DNA from: Felis catus
Lineage: Eukaryota
Length of the DNA stretch: 64,000 nucleotides
Assembly (NCBI RefSeq): GCF_018350175.1
Contig: NC_058368.1
Span: forward strand, 139,502,001 to 139,566,000
Direction: 5' to 3'
Under the pieces are notes generated by a model, which was not told the origin of the DNA, made no database searches, and was given only the letters and a program-made list of their open reading frames with translations. A program made the position numbers and the translations under genes. Positions within the stretch are counted from its first letter, which is position 1. Every line of letters begins with the position of its first letter. Below are positions 1-13,346 of the stretch, piece by piece.

Positions 1-340
1 CCCTCTCCCAACCCCTGGTACCTACCCTTCTACTTTCTGTCGCTCTGAAACTAAGTACCTAATATAAAACGAACCATATAATATTTGTTCTTTTGTGTCT
101 GAACTTATTTCACTTATCATGTCTTCAAGGTTAACCCATGCTGTACCATGAATCACTATCTCCTTCTTTTTTAATTCCACTTTATGTATGTACCACATTT
201 TGTTTATCCACTCAACTGTTGACAGATGCTTGTGCTACTATCACCTTTTGGCTACTTGAATAATGTTTCAGTGAACATGGATGTACAAATATATTTTGGA
301 GTCACTGCTTTCACTTATTCTGGGTATATACCCAGAAGTT
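1..340 (-). mobile_element. Old L1 (L1M-type) 3' fragment
   Basis: Typical antisense L1 3'-end text (taccacattttgtttatccac..., gggtatatacccagaagt). Confidence 0.7.
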
Positions 341-425
341 CCACATGAAAGAGAGATAGATAAGGAAAGTAAAGAGAGGAAGAAATGAGACATTTTCAAC
401 ATCCCCCTTTAAAAAAAAAAGGCTT

Positions 426-657
426 GCGGCGCCTGGGTGGCTCTGTCGGTTGAGCGTCCGCGTCAGTTGAGCGTCTGACTTTGGCTCAGGTTATAATCTC
501 GTGGTTTGTGAGTTTGAGCCCTGTGTCGGGCTCTGTGCTGACAGCTCAGAACCTGGAGCCTGCTTCAGATTCTGTGTCTCCCCATCTCTCGGCCCCTCCC
601 CTGCTCATGCTCTCTCTCTCTCATTAATAAATAAATGTTAACAAAAAATTTTTTTAA

Positions 658-700
<43 letters not shown>
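426..700 (+). mobile_element. Can-SINE with (TAAA)n tail
   Basis: gcggcgcctgggtggctc head, CT-rich body, A-rich tail; TSD aaggctt on both sides. Confidence 0.9.
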
Positions 701-702
<2 letters not shown>

Positions 703-883
703 GGCTTTCACCAAAGTTACAACAAAGAAACAGAATGACTGGCTAAGAAATGGTAAAAAACTGAGCAAGGGAAGAAAGAAAGAAAATAACAGACAAAAGG
801 AATTAATCATTAGTAATTTGTCACTCTTTGAGATAGCATTTCCAATTTGTAATAAGTATGTATTTAATCAACATGCTACCTAC

Positions 884-990
884 CTGTAAGACTGCCTTGT
901 CATTAAGAGGCATTATCTTACTTTTACTCATTTGCTCTTGGGGATTATCTCTCAGTTTAAACCCAAGTTGAATCTCAGGAGAAAGTTTGC
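884..990 (-). CDS. ANKRD31: ANKRD31 coding exon 3 ((G)KLSPEIQLGFKLRDNPQEQMSKSKIMPLNDKAVLQ)
   Basis: Acceptor ttcattctag|GC and donor CAG|gtaggt; 107 nt, in frame with exon 2. Matches recalled human GMPSPEIQLGFKLREDLQEQMNKNKMMPVLSEDTILQ. Confidence 0.92.
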
Positions 991-1528
991 CTAGAATGAA
1001 ACAATCATAAATCCTTTGAAAATAGTCTCATTGCTCTGCTTTGGCAACAGCTCTATGATTTTATAGAAACTACAAAATGTCATTTAAATTTATTTTGTGG
1101 ATTGTAATTTCCTAACTGCCACTTCTGTATATCAAAGTTTTTAAGTTATTAATTTCAAAGAAACATATATACTACACTGGAATAAAACAACACTTGATAT
1201 TTATTGTTTCAGGATGAATGAATGCAAAGGATAAGTAAGGACAATATACAGACTTAAGCCCCACTAGAAGGAGTATTTTCTTTTTTTAAAATTTCATTTT
1301 AGGTCATTTTTAAAAACTTGTAATGCTAGTATAAAATACAAAAACAGAGTTTTGTGTTTTTAAGATGGGAAATTGAGCTCCTATTTTAACTTTTCATCTC
1401 TTCTTAGTTCCTGAAAAGAATCCAAACAAAGGAGTTTTTTTTTTTTTAAATAAAATCTGAAGCAGCAATGAGAAAAAATGAAATATACCCACCAAGGATC
1501 AAAATGAGAATGTGTTAAAGGGAAACCA

Positions 1529-2107
1529 GAGGTGCCTGAATGATCAGTTGGTTGAGCATCTGACTCTTGAGCCAGAGTTCAGGTCATGATCTCGTGGTTT
1601 GTGGGATCAAGCCCCACGTTGGGCTCTGTGCTGACAACGCAGAGCCTGATTGGGATTCTCTCTCTCTCTCTGCCCCTTTCCCACTTCTGTACTCACATGC
1701 ACGTGCATGGATCCCATCTCTTTCTTAAAATAAACATTTTTTTAAAAAAGGGAAACCAAACATTGGTAAACAGTATGTCACTCAACAAAGGAAAAGGAGG
1801 GGCTCCTTCAGAAGTAACTATTTGGATTTCTTCCATCAGAATCTCAGAAAACCACCCAGCTCAGAGCAAATCCAACAAAAAGATTGAAGAGGGTACACTG
1901 GAAGCTCTCAGTGGGTCTCACACTTCACTGAGCTTGCTGTTTGTACCAAGGAGCTCAGGATGAACGCTATGGCCAGCTACTCTCTGTGGGAAGGTATCTT
2001 CCCTACCAGATACAGAAATGTACTTAAAACCGAGGTTGATAAAATAATGCAGTGATGGCACAGCAGTAAAAAGAGCCAAAGAGATCAAAGAAACAAAAAA
2101 AGTGGAA

Positions 2108-2151
<44 letters not shown>

Positions 2152-2371
2152 CCTACAATGTATCTGCCCCCACAATAATGGTATTTTAAACAGTGGCAGG
2201 GTACCTGGAGGGCTCAACAGATTGAGTGCCCAACTCTTGGCCTCAGCTCATGTCATGATCTCATGGTTTGTGGGACTGAGCCCTGCATCAGGCTCTGGGC
2301 TGATAGCATGGAGCCTGCTTGGAATTCTCTCTCTCCCTCTCTCTCTCTGCCTCCCCCACTGGCTTGCATGT

Positions 2372-2408
<37 letters not shown>

Positions 2409-2800
2409 TAACATTTTAAAAAAAGAAACTTTTCTTCTTTTCCATACCTATTTTCAGATATCCATAAAAATTAAAAATGGTTCACAAGAAGAAAGCACAG
2501 AAGAAAATAATCTACCACTTAAACAGCTACTGCAGAATTGCTCTTTTTGAACAGTGATGATTGGTGACGAATTTTTCTAGAAGTATTTAAATTGACCTAG
2601 AAGGTGCCTGGGTGGCTCAGTCGGTTAAGCGACCAACTCTTGATTTCGGATCAGGTCATCCTCTCACAGTTGTAAGACTGAGCCCCGCATTGGCCTCCGC
2701 TCTGGGCATGGAGCCTGCTTAAGATTCTCTCCCTCTGCCTTTCCCATGCTCACATGTGTGCTTTCTCTCTAAAACAAACAAACAAACAAACAAACAAACA
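1529..2800 (+). mobile_element. Three Can-SINEs (~1529-1746, ~2198-2425, ~2601-2800)
   Basis: SINE heads and tails; TSDs aaagggaaacca (first) and acctagaag (third). Confidence 0.85.
2110..2147. repeat. (AT)n microsatellite
   Basis: Perfect AT run. Confidence 0.95.
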
Positions 2801-2867
2801 AACCTAGAAGTGGACCCAGGAAGTATAGAAAAGTGGTAGGTGAAAGGTATTTTTTAAAAATATATGC

Positions 2868-4770
2868 ACTACATATCAATGAAACCATATTGTATTTGTC
2901 TTTTTCAGTCTGACTTATTTCACTTTGCATAATCCCCTCTAGGACCATCCACATGTTGCAACTGGTATGAGCTTTCTTTCTTATAGCTGTGTACTGCTCT
3001 GCTGTGTATATATACCACAACTCCTTTATCCATTTTTCTATCAATGAACACTTAGGTTACTTCATATCCTGGCTACTATAAATAATGCTGTAATAAGTAT
3101 AAGGGTACATATGTCTTTTAAAATTAGGGCTTTTATTTTCTTTGGGTGAATGTCCAGTAGTGGAATTATTGGGTCATATGGCATTACTATTTTTAATTTT
3201 TTGAGGAACCTCCACACTGTTTTCCATTGTGGTTGTACCAATTTACATTCCTACCAGTAGTGCACAAGGGTTGCTTTTTCTCTATATCCTCACCAACACT
3301 TGTTATTTCTTGTTGTTTTGATTTTAGCTATTCTGACAGGTCTAAGGTAAAATCTCATTGTGATTCTGACTTGCATTTCCCTGATGATTAGCGATACTTA
3401 GCAAAAGACATACGTCTGTTGGCCATCTGTATGTCTTCTTTTTTAAAAATGTCAGTTCGAGTCCTCTGCCTATTTTTTACTTGGGTTATTTGCTCTTTTA
3501 GGTGTTGAGTTGTTTAAGTTCTTTATATATTTTGTAAATTAACGCCTTATCAGAGATAGCATTTGCAAATATTTTTTCCAGTTCCGTGGGTTGCCTTTTT
3601 CTTTTGTTGATGGTTTCTTTTGATGTAGTCCTAACAGTTTATTTTTGTTTTTATCTCTGTTACCTTAGGAGACAACTAGCTAGAAAAATGTTGCTAGGGC
3701 TGATACCTGTGATCTCTTCTAGAATTTTTATGGTTTCAAGTCTCATATATGTCTTTAATTCATTTGAATTTATTTCTGTATATGGTGTAAGAAACTGGTC
3801 TAATTTCATTGTTCTGCTTATAGCTGTCTAGTTTTCCCAGCACCATTTATTGAAAAGACTATCTTTTCCCCACTGCATATTCTTCCTAATTTGTCATAGT
3901 TTAATTGGCCTCATAAGTGTGGGTTTATTTCTGGGTTCTCTATTCCGCTGCAGTAATCTTTTGTGCCGGTACCCATCCTGTTTTGATTACTACAGCTTTG
4001 CAGTGTATCTTGAAATCTGGGATTGTGATACCTCCAGCTTTGTTCTTCTTTCTCAAGACTTCTTTGGCTATTTGAGCTCTTTTGTGGTTCCATACAAATT
4101 TTAGTATAATTTGTTCCAGTTCTGTGAAAAAATGTTGTTGGTATTTTGATAGGGATTCACTGAATCTGTAGATGTCTGTGGATCATACGGGTGTTTTAAC
4201 AATATTAATTCTTCCAATCCATGAGCATGGAGTATCTTTCCACTTGTTTGTGTGATTCCAGAGTATACTTCTTTCATCTCCTTGGTTAAATTTACTCCTA
4301 GGTATTTTACTCTTTTTGCTGTAGTTGTAAATAGGATTGTTTTCTTAGTTTCTTTCTGCTACTTTGCTAATAGTGTATAATAAGTCAGACTAGGAAAGAC
4401 AAATACCATATGGTTTCACTCATATGTGGAGTCTAAAAAACAAAACAAATAAATACACACAGAAAAGGTGAATCTGACCTGTAAATACAGAGAAGAAACT
4501 GATGGTTGCCAGAAGGGAAAGGGGTGGGAGGAATGGAAAAAAATGGTGAAAGAGAATGGAAGATACAGATTTCCAGTTATGGGATGAATAAGTCACAGGA
4601 ATAAAAGGCACAGCATAGGGAACACAGTCAATGATATTGCAATAATGTATGTTACAGATGGTAGCTAACACTGTGGTGAGCCTAGCATAACCTATACAAA
4701 AGTTAAATCACTATGTTGTACACATGAAACTAATGTGACAATGTGTCAACCGTACTCAAATTTAAAAATT
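2868..4770. mobile_element. Carnivore L1 with 5' inversion (antisense ORF2 ~2868-4379, sense 3' end ~4380-4770)
   Basis: Minus-strand ORF2 C-terminal peptides (e.g. WIKELWYIYTAEQYTAI..., MEPQK...), then a plus-strand L1 3' UTR ending in an A-rich tail. Confidence 0.88.
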
Positions 4771-4839
4771 TAATATATACAAATAAACCAAGGATATTTG
4801 GACCTTAATTTCAGCCTGAAATAATCAGATTGGTTATTT

Positions 4840-5070
4840 AAAAAAATTTTTTTAATGTTTATTTTATTTTTGAGAGAGAAAGAGAGAGAGACACACACAC
4901 ACAGAGTGCGAGTGGGGGAGGGACAGAGAGAGGGGGAGACACAGGATCTGAAGCAGGCTCCAGGCTCCAAGCTGTCAGCACAGAGCCCAACGTGGGGCTT
5001 GAACCCACAAATGTGCGATCATGACCTGAGATGAAGTTGGACGCTTAACCGACTGAGCCACCCAAGTGCC
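4840..5070 (-). mobile_element. Can-SINE
   Basis: Antisense SINE; near-perfect TSD tcaga(t/c)tggttatt. Confidence 0.9.
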
Positions 5071-5405
5071 TCAGACTGGTTATTAAAAAGTACTATTCAC
5101 TTCTGCAAATATGCAAGTAGTATGGTTAAACTGGAAATTTTTGCAAGGAGAAGAGCTATCTGGGTATCATTGGCATATCTCTGTAGTCCCCTTTAGGAGC
5201 CATGAACATCTTCCTGAAGTTAGAATTCCCCTTGCTATTGTTATAGTAATAGATCTTAATAGACCTCAGGGTCTATTACAGATGAGTATAAGAAACTAAT
5301 TCTGTGTAAAGTTAAAAACAAAACTAACTATAAAAGGATAAGTTAGTAGAATATTAACACTTTGGAAATTAAAGTGACTACTTAGTGAAAAAAATTATTT
5401 CTCAC

Positions 5406-5479
5406 CTTTGCACCTTCCACTTATACCAGGATGGAGACTGAACTCAGATCTAAGAGATGTGTCTTCATCAAAGAGCAAC
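5406..5479 (-). CDS. ANKRD31: ANKRD31 coding exon 2 ((R)LLFDEDTSLRSEFSLHPGISGRCK(G))
   Basis: Acceptor ...cttttttggtatttgaaag|G and donor AAAG|gtgag; 74 nt, phase-compatible with exon 1. Matches recalled human LLFDQDASLKSEFSLHPDTRGMCKG. Confidence 0.93.
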
Positions 5480-6087
5480 CTTTCAAATACCAAAAAAGAA
5501 GATACAGATTGTTATGTTTCCTAAATGCAGACTAACAATTTAACTGTAATTATTAATTATACCTAAACTTGTTAAAATTCTTAGTTACACCACTGTTAAT
5601 ATCTGTACCAAAGTATTTTTTAGTAATGTATGCTTTAATTAAAAACTTATACAAGATGAAAAATACTTATTCATATGGTCATGCTCATTTTTACAAATAC
5701 CCCATTATTTCTGAGTACTTGGGAGTAAGGAAGGGAGTAGTTTTTGAATGAGATGAAATTAGATGATTTAAGGGAACAGTGCTGGTAGGTTTTCTCTTTC
5801 ACATTTCTCTATACTACAGAAACTGTGAGATTAAAATCCCAGGGTTAAATTTGGGTATATGTTTTCAGAACACAAAATGACAGAATTCCTTTAATTTTTG
5901 GATTCACTTCTTACTATGTTCTAGGCAGCACCAAGGTAACAAAGAGAGAAGACAAACAGTCCATGCCTCAAGAAGCTTCATTTATAATGATGAATACAAA
6001 ACTAAAAACAGCAATGATACACCATGGCAAGTGTGCTAGTAGGCAGACTAAGTGTTTATCTTTTCTATTTAAAAACACCCTTACAGA

Positions 6088-6990
6088 ATTCAAAAATAGG
6101 CAAAGGACTTGAAAAGAAATTTACCCAAAGAAGATATACAAATGGCTAATAAGAACATGAAAAGATCCTCAACCCTACTAATTAGGAAAATGCAAATCAA
6201 AATCACAGTGAGATACCACGTCACATCCATTAGGATGGTTATAAACAAACCAAAACAAAACAACAAAAACAAAACAGAAAATAACAAGTGTTAGCAAGGA
6301 TAGAGAGAAATTGGAAATCCTGGGCATTGCTGATGGGAATGGAAAATGGTACAACCATTGTGGAAAAAAGTATGGTTGTTCCTCAAAAAAGAGATCTATA
6401 ACCACCATTTGATCTAGTGATTCCATTTCTGGGTATGTCCGCAAAACAACTGAAAGCAAGGATCTAAAAAGATACCTGTACACTCGTGTTCAGAGAAGCA
6501 TTAGTCACAGCAGCCAAAAGGTAAAAGCAACCCAAGTATTCATCAACAGATATGAGTGGATAAACAAAATGTGGTATGTACATAAAATGGAATATTATTC
6601 AGCCTTAAAAAGAAAGAAAATATTGACACATGCTATAACAGAAACAGACCGTAAAAACATTATACTAAGTGAAATAAGCCAGATACAAATGTACCAATAT
6701 TATATGACTCCAGTTATATGAGATAGCTAGAGTGGTCAGATCCATAGTGACAAATTAGAATGGTGGTTGCCAAGGACTGGGAGCAAGTAGGAATGGGGAG
6801 TTAGTGTTTAAGGGATACAGAGTGTTAGTTTGGGAAAATGAAAAAAGTTCTGACGTCAGAGGGCAGTGATGGTTGCATAACAATATGAACATATTTAATG
6901 TCACTGAAATGTATGCTTAAAAATGGTTAGAATGGTAAATTTTATGATATATATATATAATTTTTTTTACCCACAATAAAAAATAAAATA
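6088..6990 (+). mobile_element. L1MB-type 3' fragment (ORF2 C-terminus plus 3' UTR)
   Basis: Peptide KEDIQMANKNMKRSSTLLIRKMQIKITVRYH; L1 3' UTR and A-rich tail. Confidence 0.85.
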
Positions 6991-7431
6991 AAAATCTTTC
7001 CAAAATCTAAAAATGTAACAGTGTACCAAGGCATGAACATATAATTTGGTACTAAAGGCATTCTTTTGTCATTCACTTACTTATTTCATTTTGTTTTTCA
7101 CCTTTTAAATGAAAATGAAAAATAAAAGCAATAAAAGAGGTAACAGTACACTTATCGTCTAGGTCCAACAATTATCAGTACACAGACAATCTTGTTTCTT
7201 CTATAATCCTTCTGCCATCCTCTCTATTCCTGCCAGTCTCTCACTAGATTATTTTGAAACAAGCCCTAGGCCTCTTATTCTATTTCAGCTGGAAATATTT
7301 CAGTATGGAACTCTAAAAGATATGAACTCTTTTCAAGCATTACCACAATAATCGCAACTTTAAAAAATAACCATAGTACCTTACTTTCTAAAGCCAAAAA
7401 TTCCTTAATATTACTATATTTACAGTCTTCA

Positions 7432-7910
7432 GTAAGCAGCCTCTGAAATGTCTCCTGGTATTTATGCCCTGTGCCCCACTGTGAGTACAGACTAGATGCA
7501 GAAAGTCTTCTAATGAACACAATATAGCAAATGTGTTGGGATGTTATTTTTGAGATTAGGTTACAAAAAGACATTGCCTTTCATCTTGCTCTCCCTCTTT
7601 TATTCTTTTGCTTATTCCTTCTCATGGATGTCAGCTTGTCATGTTGTGAAATGCTCTGTGGAGAACCCTATTTAGCAAGAAACTAAGGGAGTCAACCATC
7701 AGAGAGGAAGTGAATCTTAAGAATCACTATGCAGGAAGTGAATTCTTCTCATGAAGATTTCAGATGAATGCAGCCCTGTGAGTCCCTGAGCCTGATGACC
7801 CAATAAAGACACTCCTGGACTCCTGACCCAAAGAAACTACAAGATAATGTTTATTGTTTCAAGTTGTTAGGTTTTGGAATAAGTTGTTATACACCAATGG
7901 AAAACTAAAT
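7432..7910 (+). mobile_element. MaLR LTR (MLT1E/F-like)
   Basis: gagattaggttacaaaaag and ...tcctgacccaaagaaact...ttgttatacaccaatggaaaactaa MLT1-type motifs. Confidence 0.7.
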
Positions 7911-8245
7911 GGATTGTAATCACATTTCTCCAACTGTCTCTTTTTAGTTGTTTTGTTCAAAAGAGGATCCAAACAAGGTGCAAACATTGCATTTGGTTGC
8001 TATGTCTAAGTCTCTCTTTGAATCCATAATTATCCTCATCCCACTACAATTTATTAGTTGGAAAAAAATAGTTTTTTCCTGCAGTTTCCCACATTTTGAA
8101 TTTTCTAACTGCATGTCATGTAACGTGTTCCTCTATCCCGTATATTTCATATAAACTGGCTATTAGAGCTAGAAGTTTGACCTGATTCAAGTTCAAATGG
8201 GGATGGGGTGCATGTGTATACTTCCTATAGGAGATAATAAAGTAC

Positions 8246-8960
8246 TGTTGAGAAGGTAGTCTCCTGTATAGTCTTTCAACTCCCTCTCAGCTTTCGGCAT
8301 GGAACACTTTCTTACTAAGAAAGTGTTTCCCAGCGTGTGTTGGATTTATGACCTTGTGTGGGAATACCTTGCCCTGTTTCAGACTCAGTGTGTACTCTTT
8401 TATTGTGTAATTGTATGTGTCATATGGCACCTGGCAAACCCCACTACTACATTTGTCCTCTGTGGGGACAAGATGAAGTCATGCTTTGGCACAAGATGGG
8501 TGTATGCAGCCCAATCTCTCTGCATCAACTGCAGAGAGTGACTGCTAGCTACGGGGGACCAATGCCTACTATTGAAGCTGATCTTGTGCTTCTTCTCAAC
8601 GTGAGTAAAGTGCTGTTTCAGCCAGTGCTTGACTGCATTTTGTTTTCCTTGGTGATCCTGATAGAAAAATGGATAAGGCAGAAGTGTCTGCATTTCTGGG
8701 GAGCCTGGGTGGCTTAGGCAGTTAAGTGTCCAATTCCTGATTTTGGTTCAGGTCATGATCTCATGGTTTCATGAGTTCAAGCCCCCCACTGGGCTCTGGA
8801 CAGACAATGCAAAGCCTGCTTGGGATTCTCTCTCATTCCCTCTCTCTATGCCCCTCCCCAGCTTGTGCACACTTATGCACTCTCTCAAAATAAATAAATA
8901 AACTTAAAAAAAAACAACTATCTGCATTTCTACTCATGATGATTGGCAACTTGCTCAACA
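8246..8960 (+). mobile_element. ERVL LTR (MER70-like) interrupted by a Can-SINE (~8698-8915)
   Basis: TG...CA termini (tgttgagaagg...ttgctcaaca). Motifs gtcatatggcacctggc, gggggacc...gaagctgatcttg and gtgagtaaag match MER70 as recalled. The SINE is flanked by TSD tctgcatttct. Confidence 0.75.
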
Positions 8961-9570
8961 GTGTGGTTGTCACTCTTCTTAGTGGCCACTTATGAACACT
9001 GCCTAGGTCTATTCATTATCTTATTAGACCTATATAAAATGGTGGTATTCTACTTTGCCACTTTCTTCATTTATTAACGGCCACTGTTACATGTTAAAAG
9101 AAAATTTTTCATAGGGTACCTGGGTGGCTCAGTCAGTTGAGTGACCAATTCTTGATCTTGGCTCAGGTCATGATCTCATGGTTCATGAGTCTGAGCCCTG
9201 AGTCAGGCTCTCCGCTAACAGGGCAAAGCCTGCTTGGGATTCTGTCTCTCCCTCTCTGTGCCCCTCCCCAGCTTGTATGTGTTCTCTGTCTCACTCTCTC
9301 AAAATAAATAAACTTAAAAAAAAATTTTTTTTCACTCATCAACTATATCATTACATTCACAGTCAAGCCATGTTACTCAGCCAGGTTACCTAGGTCCAGT
9401 TTGCACAGGAAAGAAAAAATAAATGCTTACTTCTTTCTCTTTCTTGACCAGTTTTCAGAATATTAAGACCATTATGAATTCATAGATTTAAATCCACTGC
9501 TGTTATTATTCTTATCAATGCTCAAATTGTCTGGTTTTTACCTAGTGGGAAGCCCTTCAAAGTGGCTCAT

Positions 9571-9861
9571 GGAGGCAATTAAGGTTAAAGAAGGTCATGA
9601 AGGTGGGGCCCTAATCTATTATGACTGGTGTCCATATAAGAAGACAGACACCAGGGATGAATACACACAGAGCAAAGACTGTACGAGCACACAGCAAGAA
9701 GGCGACCATCTGCAGCCAAGGAGAAAGCCCTCAGGAGAAAGCAACCCTGCCACCACCTGATCCTGGACTTCCAGCCTTTAGAGATGAAAGAAAATGAATT
9801 TCTGTTAGTTAAGTCACCTAGTCTATGGTATTTTTTATGGCAGCCTCAGCAAATTAATACA
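9571..9861 (+). mobile_element. MaLR LTR (MLT1B-like)
   Basis: aattaaggttaaa...ggtggggccctaatc...gactggtgtcc...tttttatggcagcc...aattaataca. Confidence 0.75.
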
Positions 9862-12739
9862 TCACTAGTCTTCCCTAGCTTCCCGGAATAAGATATTCTA
9901 GGCTCAGCTTATATATCTCTTGCCTTAGACCCAGAACCACTCATTTTGCACAGAGCCTTAAGTCCACCATACTAATATTATCATTAACAGTGTGACTATT
10001 GACGTTACTTTGCAATTTTTTTGAGAGAAAGAGAAAATTATGTGCACCAGCAGAGGAGGGGAAGAGGAAGAGGGAGAGAGAAACTCAAGTAGGTTTCATG
10101 CCCTGAAAAAAGCCTGACATGGGGACTTGATCTCACAACCGTGAGATCATGACCTGAGCAGAAATCAAGAGTCCCACACTTAACCGACTGAGCCACCCAG
10201 GCGCCCCTAAATGTATTCTGCAATTCTTTATATCCTGAGAGTTAATCTTGTCTGGTATGTTCACCTAAATTCTGTTTTAAAGGCACTCAGGTCCTTTTTG
10301 TGTAATTATGCTACCAAGTCAATACACAATTAGATTCACTTGTTTAATCTTGCCTTTCCTTTTTAGAAAGCTTTTTCATGGTGATTTAATTTTGTTTTAT
10401 AATTATGTAAACTATTTACATCTTTCCAAAAACAAATGTAAAAATAAGATGTATTTAGGGTTAGCCTAGCATCTATTCTTATCTTTCACTCACCTGTTCC
10501 CTCCCTTCCCATTTTTTAAATATTGTATGGTTTATCCTTCCAATGTGTTTTTGGAAATATAAGCAATATAAGTATATATGCCCTCACCCATTCTTAAATA
10601 AGCAGTAGCATTCTTTATATACTTTACTTTCCTTTTTTTCCTAACAATATATCCAGTAGATTGATCGCCCTAGAGGAAAGAGACTATCCTTATTTCTTTT
10701 TATTAATTCATAGTATACCACTGTGTGGATTCTCACATTGTTTTAAAAGCTTAGTAAAACATAACTGTGGAGGCAAAAATTAAAAAAAAAATTGGGGGAG
10801 CTGTAAGAAAATTTACAGAACTATCTCATGTTTTCCATTCCCAGTTGCAAATATACATCACATACATAAAGAAGAAAGAACAGGCTACTAAGAAAAATAA
10901 GTCACCATTAAAAAGAAAAAACCCCCGCAGCACCTGGGTGGCTCAGATGGTTATTAAGCGTCCAACTTCAGCTCAGATCATGATCTCACATTCATGAGTT
11001 TGAGTCCCATGTTGAGCTCTGTATTGACAGCTCAGAGCCTGGAGCCTGCTTCAGATTCTATGTCTCCCTCTCTCTCTCTCTGTCCCTCCCCAGGTTGTGC
11101 TCTTGCTCACTCACTCTCTCTCTCAAAAGTAAATGGATAAACATTAAAAAAAACAAAAACAAAAACAGGGATTGCCTGGGTAGCTTAGTTGGTTAAGCGT
11201 CTGACTCTCAATTTTGGCTCAGGTCATGATCTCATGGTTCATGAGTTCAAGCCCAACGTCAGGCTCTGTGCTGACAGTGCAGAGCCTGCTTGGGATTCTC
11301 TTTCTCTGCCCCTCACATACTCTGTCTCTCCCTCTCTCTCAAAAGTAAATAAACATTAAAAAAAAGAAAAAAACCCATATTTCCTAGTAGTTCTCAGCAC
11401 AAGCAAAATTAACAATGTAAAGGACTCCAGTCCTTAACCTAACATACTCTCTGTAAGAGCAAATATAGTCTCCTACTATAAGGAGAAAAAACTTTTTTGG
11501 CTCAATTACTACTGGTCATTGCTAAGGATTGAAAATTTCATTATTCAAATATGGATAATACCATTACTTTAGTACATTTTTCTAAGAAGTAAAACAATCT
11601 ATTCATCTTAATGTCCCTAAAAGTCAGAATTATTTTATTTTTTAAAAATTTTTAATTTTTAAAATCTAAAAATAACACAAAAAAGGCATGAAGGAATTTT
11701 GGATGGTAATGGTACTATTCTATATCTTCACTGTAGTAATGGTTATTACACAATTTTGTATGTGTTTGTCAAAACACACAGAACTGTACACTAAAAAAAT
11801 GAATTTTCCTATATGTAAATTCTACCTTAATAAAAAAAAGTACAAAAATTAACATGATATCAATTTTCCATCAGTAAATTTATAAATTTAACATTATACT
11901 AATACAAATACCAACAAGACTTAAAAAAATTTTTTTAAGGTTTATTTTTGAAAGAGAGAGAACAGAGCATGAGTGGGGGAGGGATAGAGAGAGAAGGAGA
12001 CAAAGAATCCGAAGCAGGCTCCAGGCTCTGAGCTGTCAGCACACAGGCCAACACTGGGCTTAAACTCACAAACCATGAGATCATAACCTGAGCCAAAGCC
12101 AGATGCTTAACCAACCGAGCCACCCAGGTGCCCCCTCCAACAAGACTTTTTATTGAACTAAACAACTAATCCTCAAATTCATCTGGTAAAATAAATAAGA
12201 ACAGTTAGGAAAAAATTTTTAAATAACAATAAGGAGGTAATAACCTACAGAACATTAAAATATTTTTGGATAGAAAATGTTTCTAAAGGGGCGCCTGGGT
12301 GGCTCAGTCGGTTGAGCGTCCAACTTCGGCCCAGGGCATGATCCCGCACTTCGTGAGTTCGAGCCCCGTGTAGGGCTCTGTATTGACAGCTCGGAGCCTG
12401 AAGCCTGCTTCAGATTCTGTGTCTCCCTCTCTCTCTGCCCCACCCCTGCTTGCACTGTCTCTCTGTCTCCCCAAAATAAACATTAAAAAAAATTTAAAAG
12501 AAAAAAGAAAATGTTTTTTAAAAATGAAACCAGCACATAAAATGACGCACCAATAAACAGAATAAAATCTCCTAAATAAACTCACCTACATAGGAAATTT
12601 AGTATATTAAAATGGTGGTTGGGGCATCTGAGTAGCTTAGTCAAAGGTCTGACTCCTGATTTTGGCTCAGGTCATGATCTTACGGTTCTGAGATTAGGCC
12701 CTGCATTGGGCTCTGTGCTGAGCATGGAGCTTGCTTGAG

Positions 12740-12781
<42 letters not shown>

Positions 12782-13346
12782 TCTCTCTCTGGCCCCCCAT
12801 CCCAGCTTGCATGTGCACATGGGCACTCTCTCTTTAAAAAAAGCGGGGAGAAGGGAACCTAGGTAGCTCTGTCAGTTAAGCTTCTGACTTCGGCTCAGGT
12901 CATGATCTCATGGTTCATGGGTTTGAGCCTTGCATCAGGCTCTGTGCTGACAGCTCAGGGCCTGGAGTCTGCTTCGGATTCTGTGTCTCCCTCTCTCTCT
13001 GCTCCACCTATCCCCAATCACACTCTGTCTCTCAAAAATGAATAAACGTTAAAAAATATTAAAAAAGAAAAAGGCAGCATCTAAAATCAGAGGAAAAGAT
13101 AGGATTTTTCAAAAAATAATACTGTGACAATGAAGGGGACATCTGGAAAATAATTTAGTTGGATCCATACTTCACAGTGTACTCCATATAAAAATGCCAC
13201 ATGAATCAAAATGTAAATGTTTAAAAATGAAACAAAAAGTATTAAAAGAAACAAAGGAGGTATTCTGTTATAAGTGTGGAGGAAAGAAAGCCTTCCTAAT
13301 TATGATCTAAATCCAAATAAATCAATTATTAAGATTATAAACACCC

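Noticed and set aside
1760..2100. Unique-looking intronic stretch, possibly a pseudogene or CR1/L3 remnant (…VLKTEVDKIMQ*)
   Set aside because: Stops in all + frames and only a vague resemblance; cannot be supported without a search.
8299..8717. Three overlapping ORFs resembling a processed pseudogene
   Set aside because: The sequence is explained by a MER70-like LTR with TG/CA ends.
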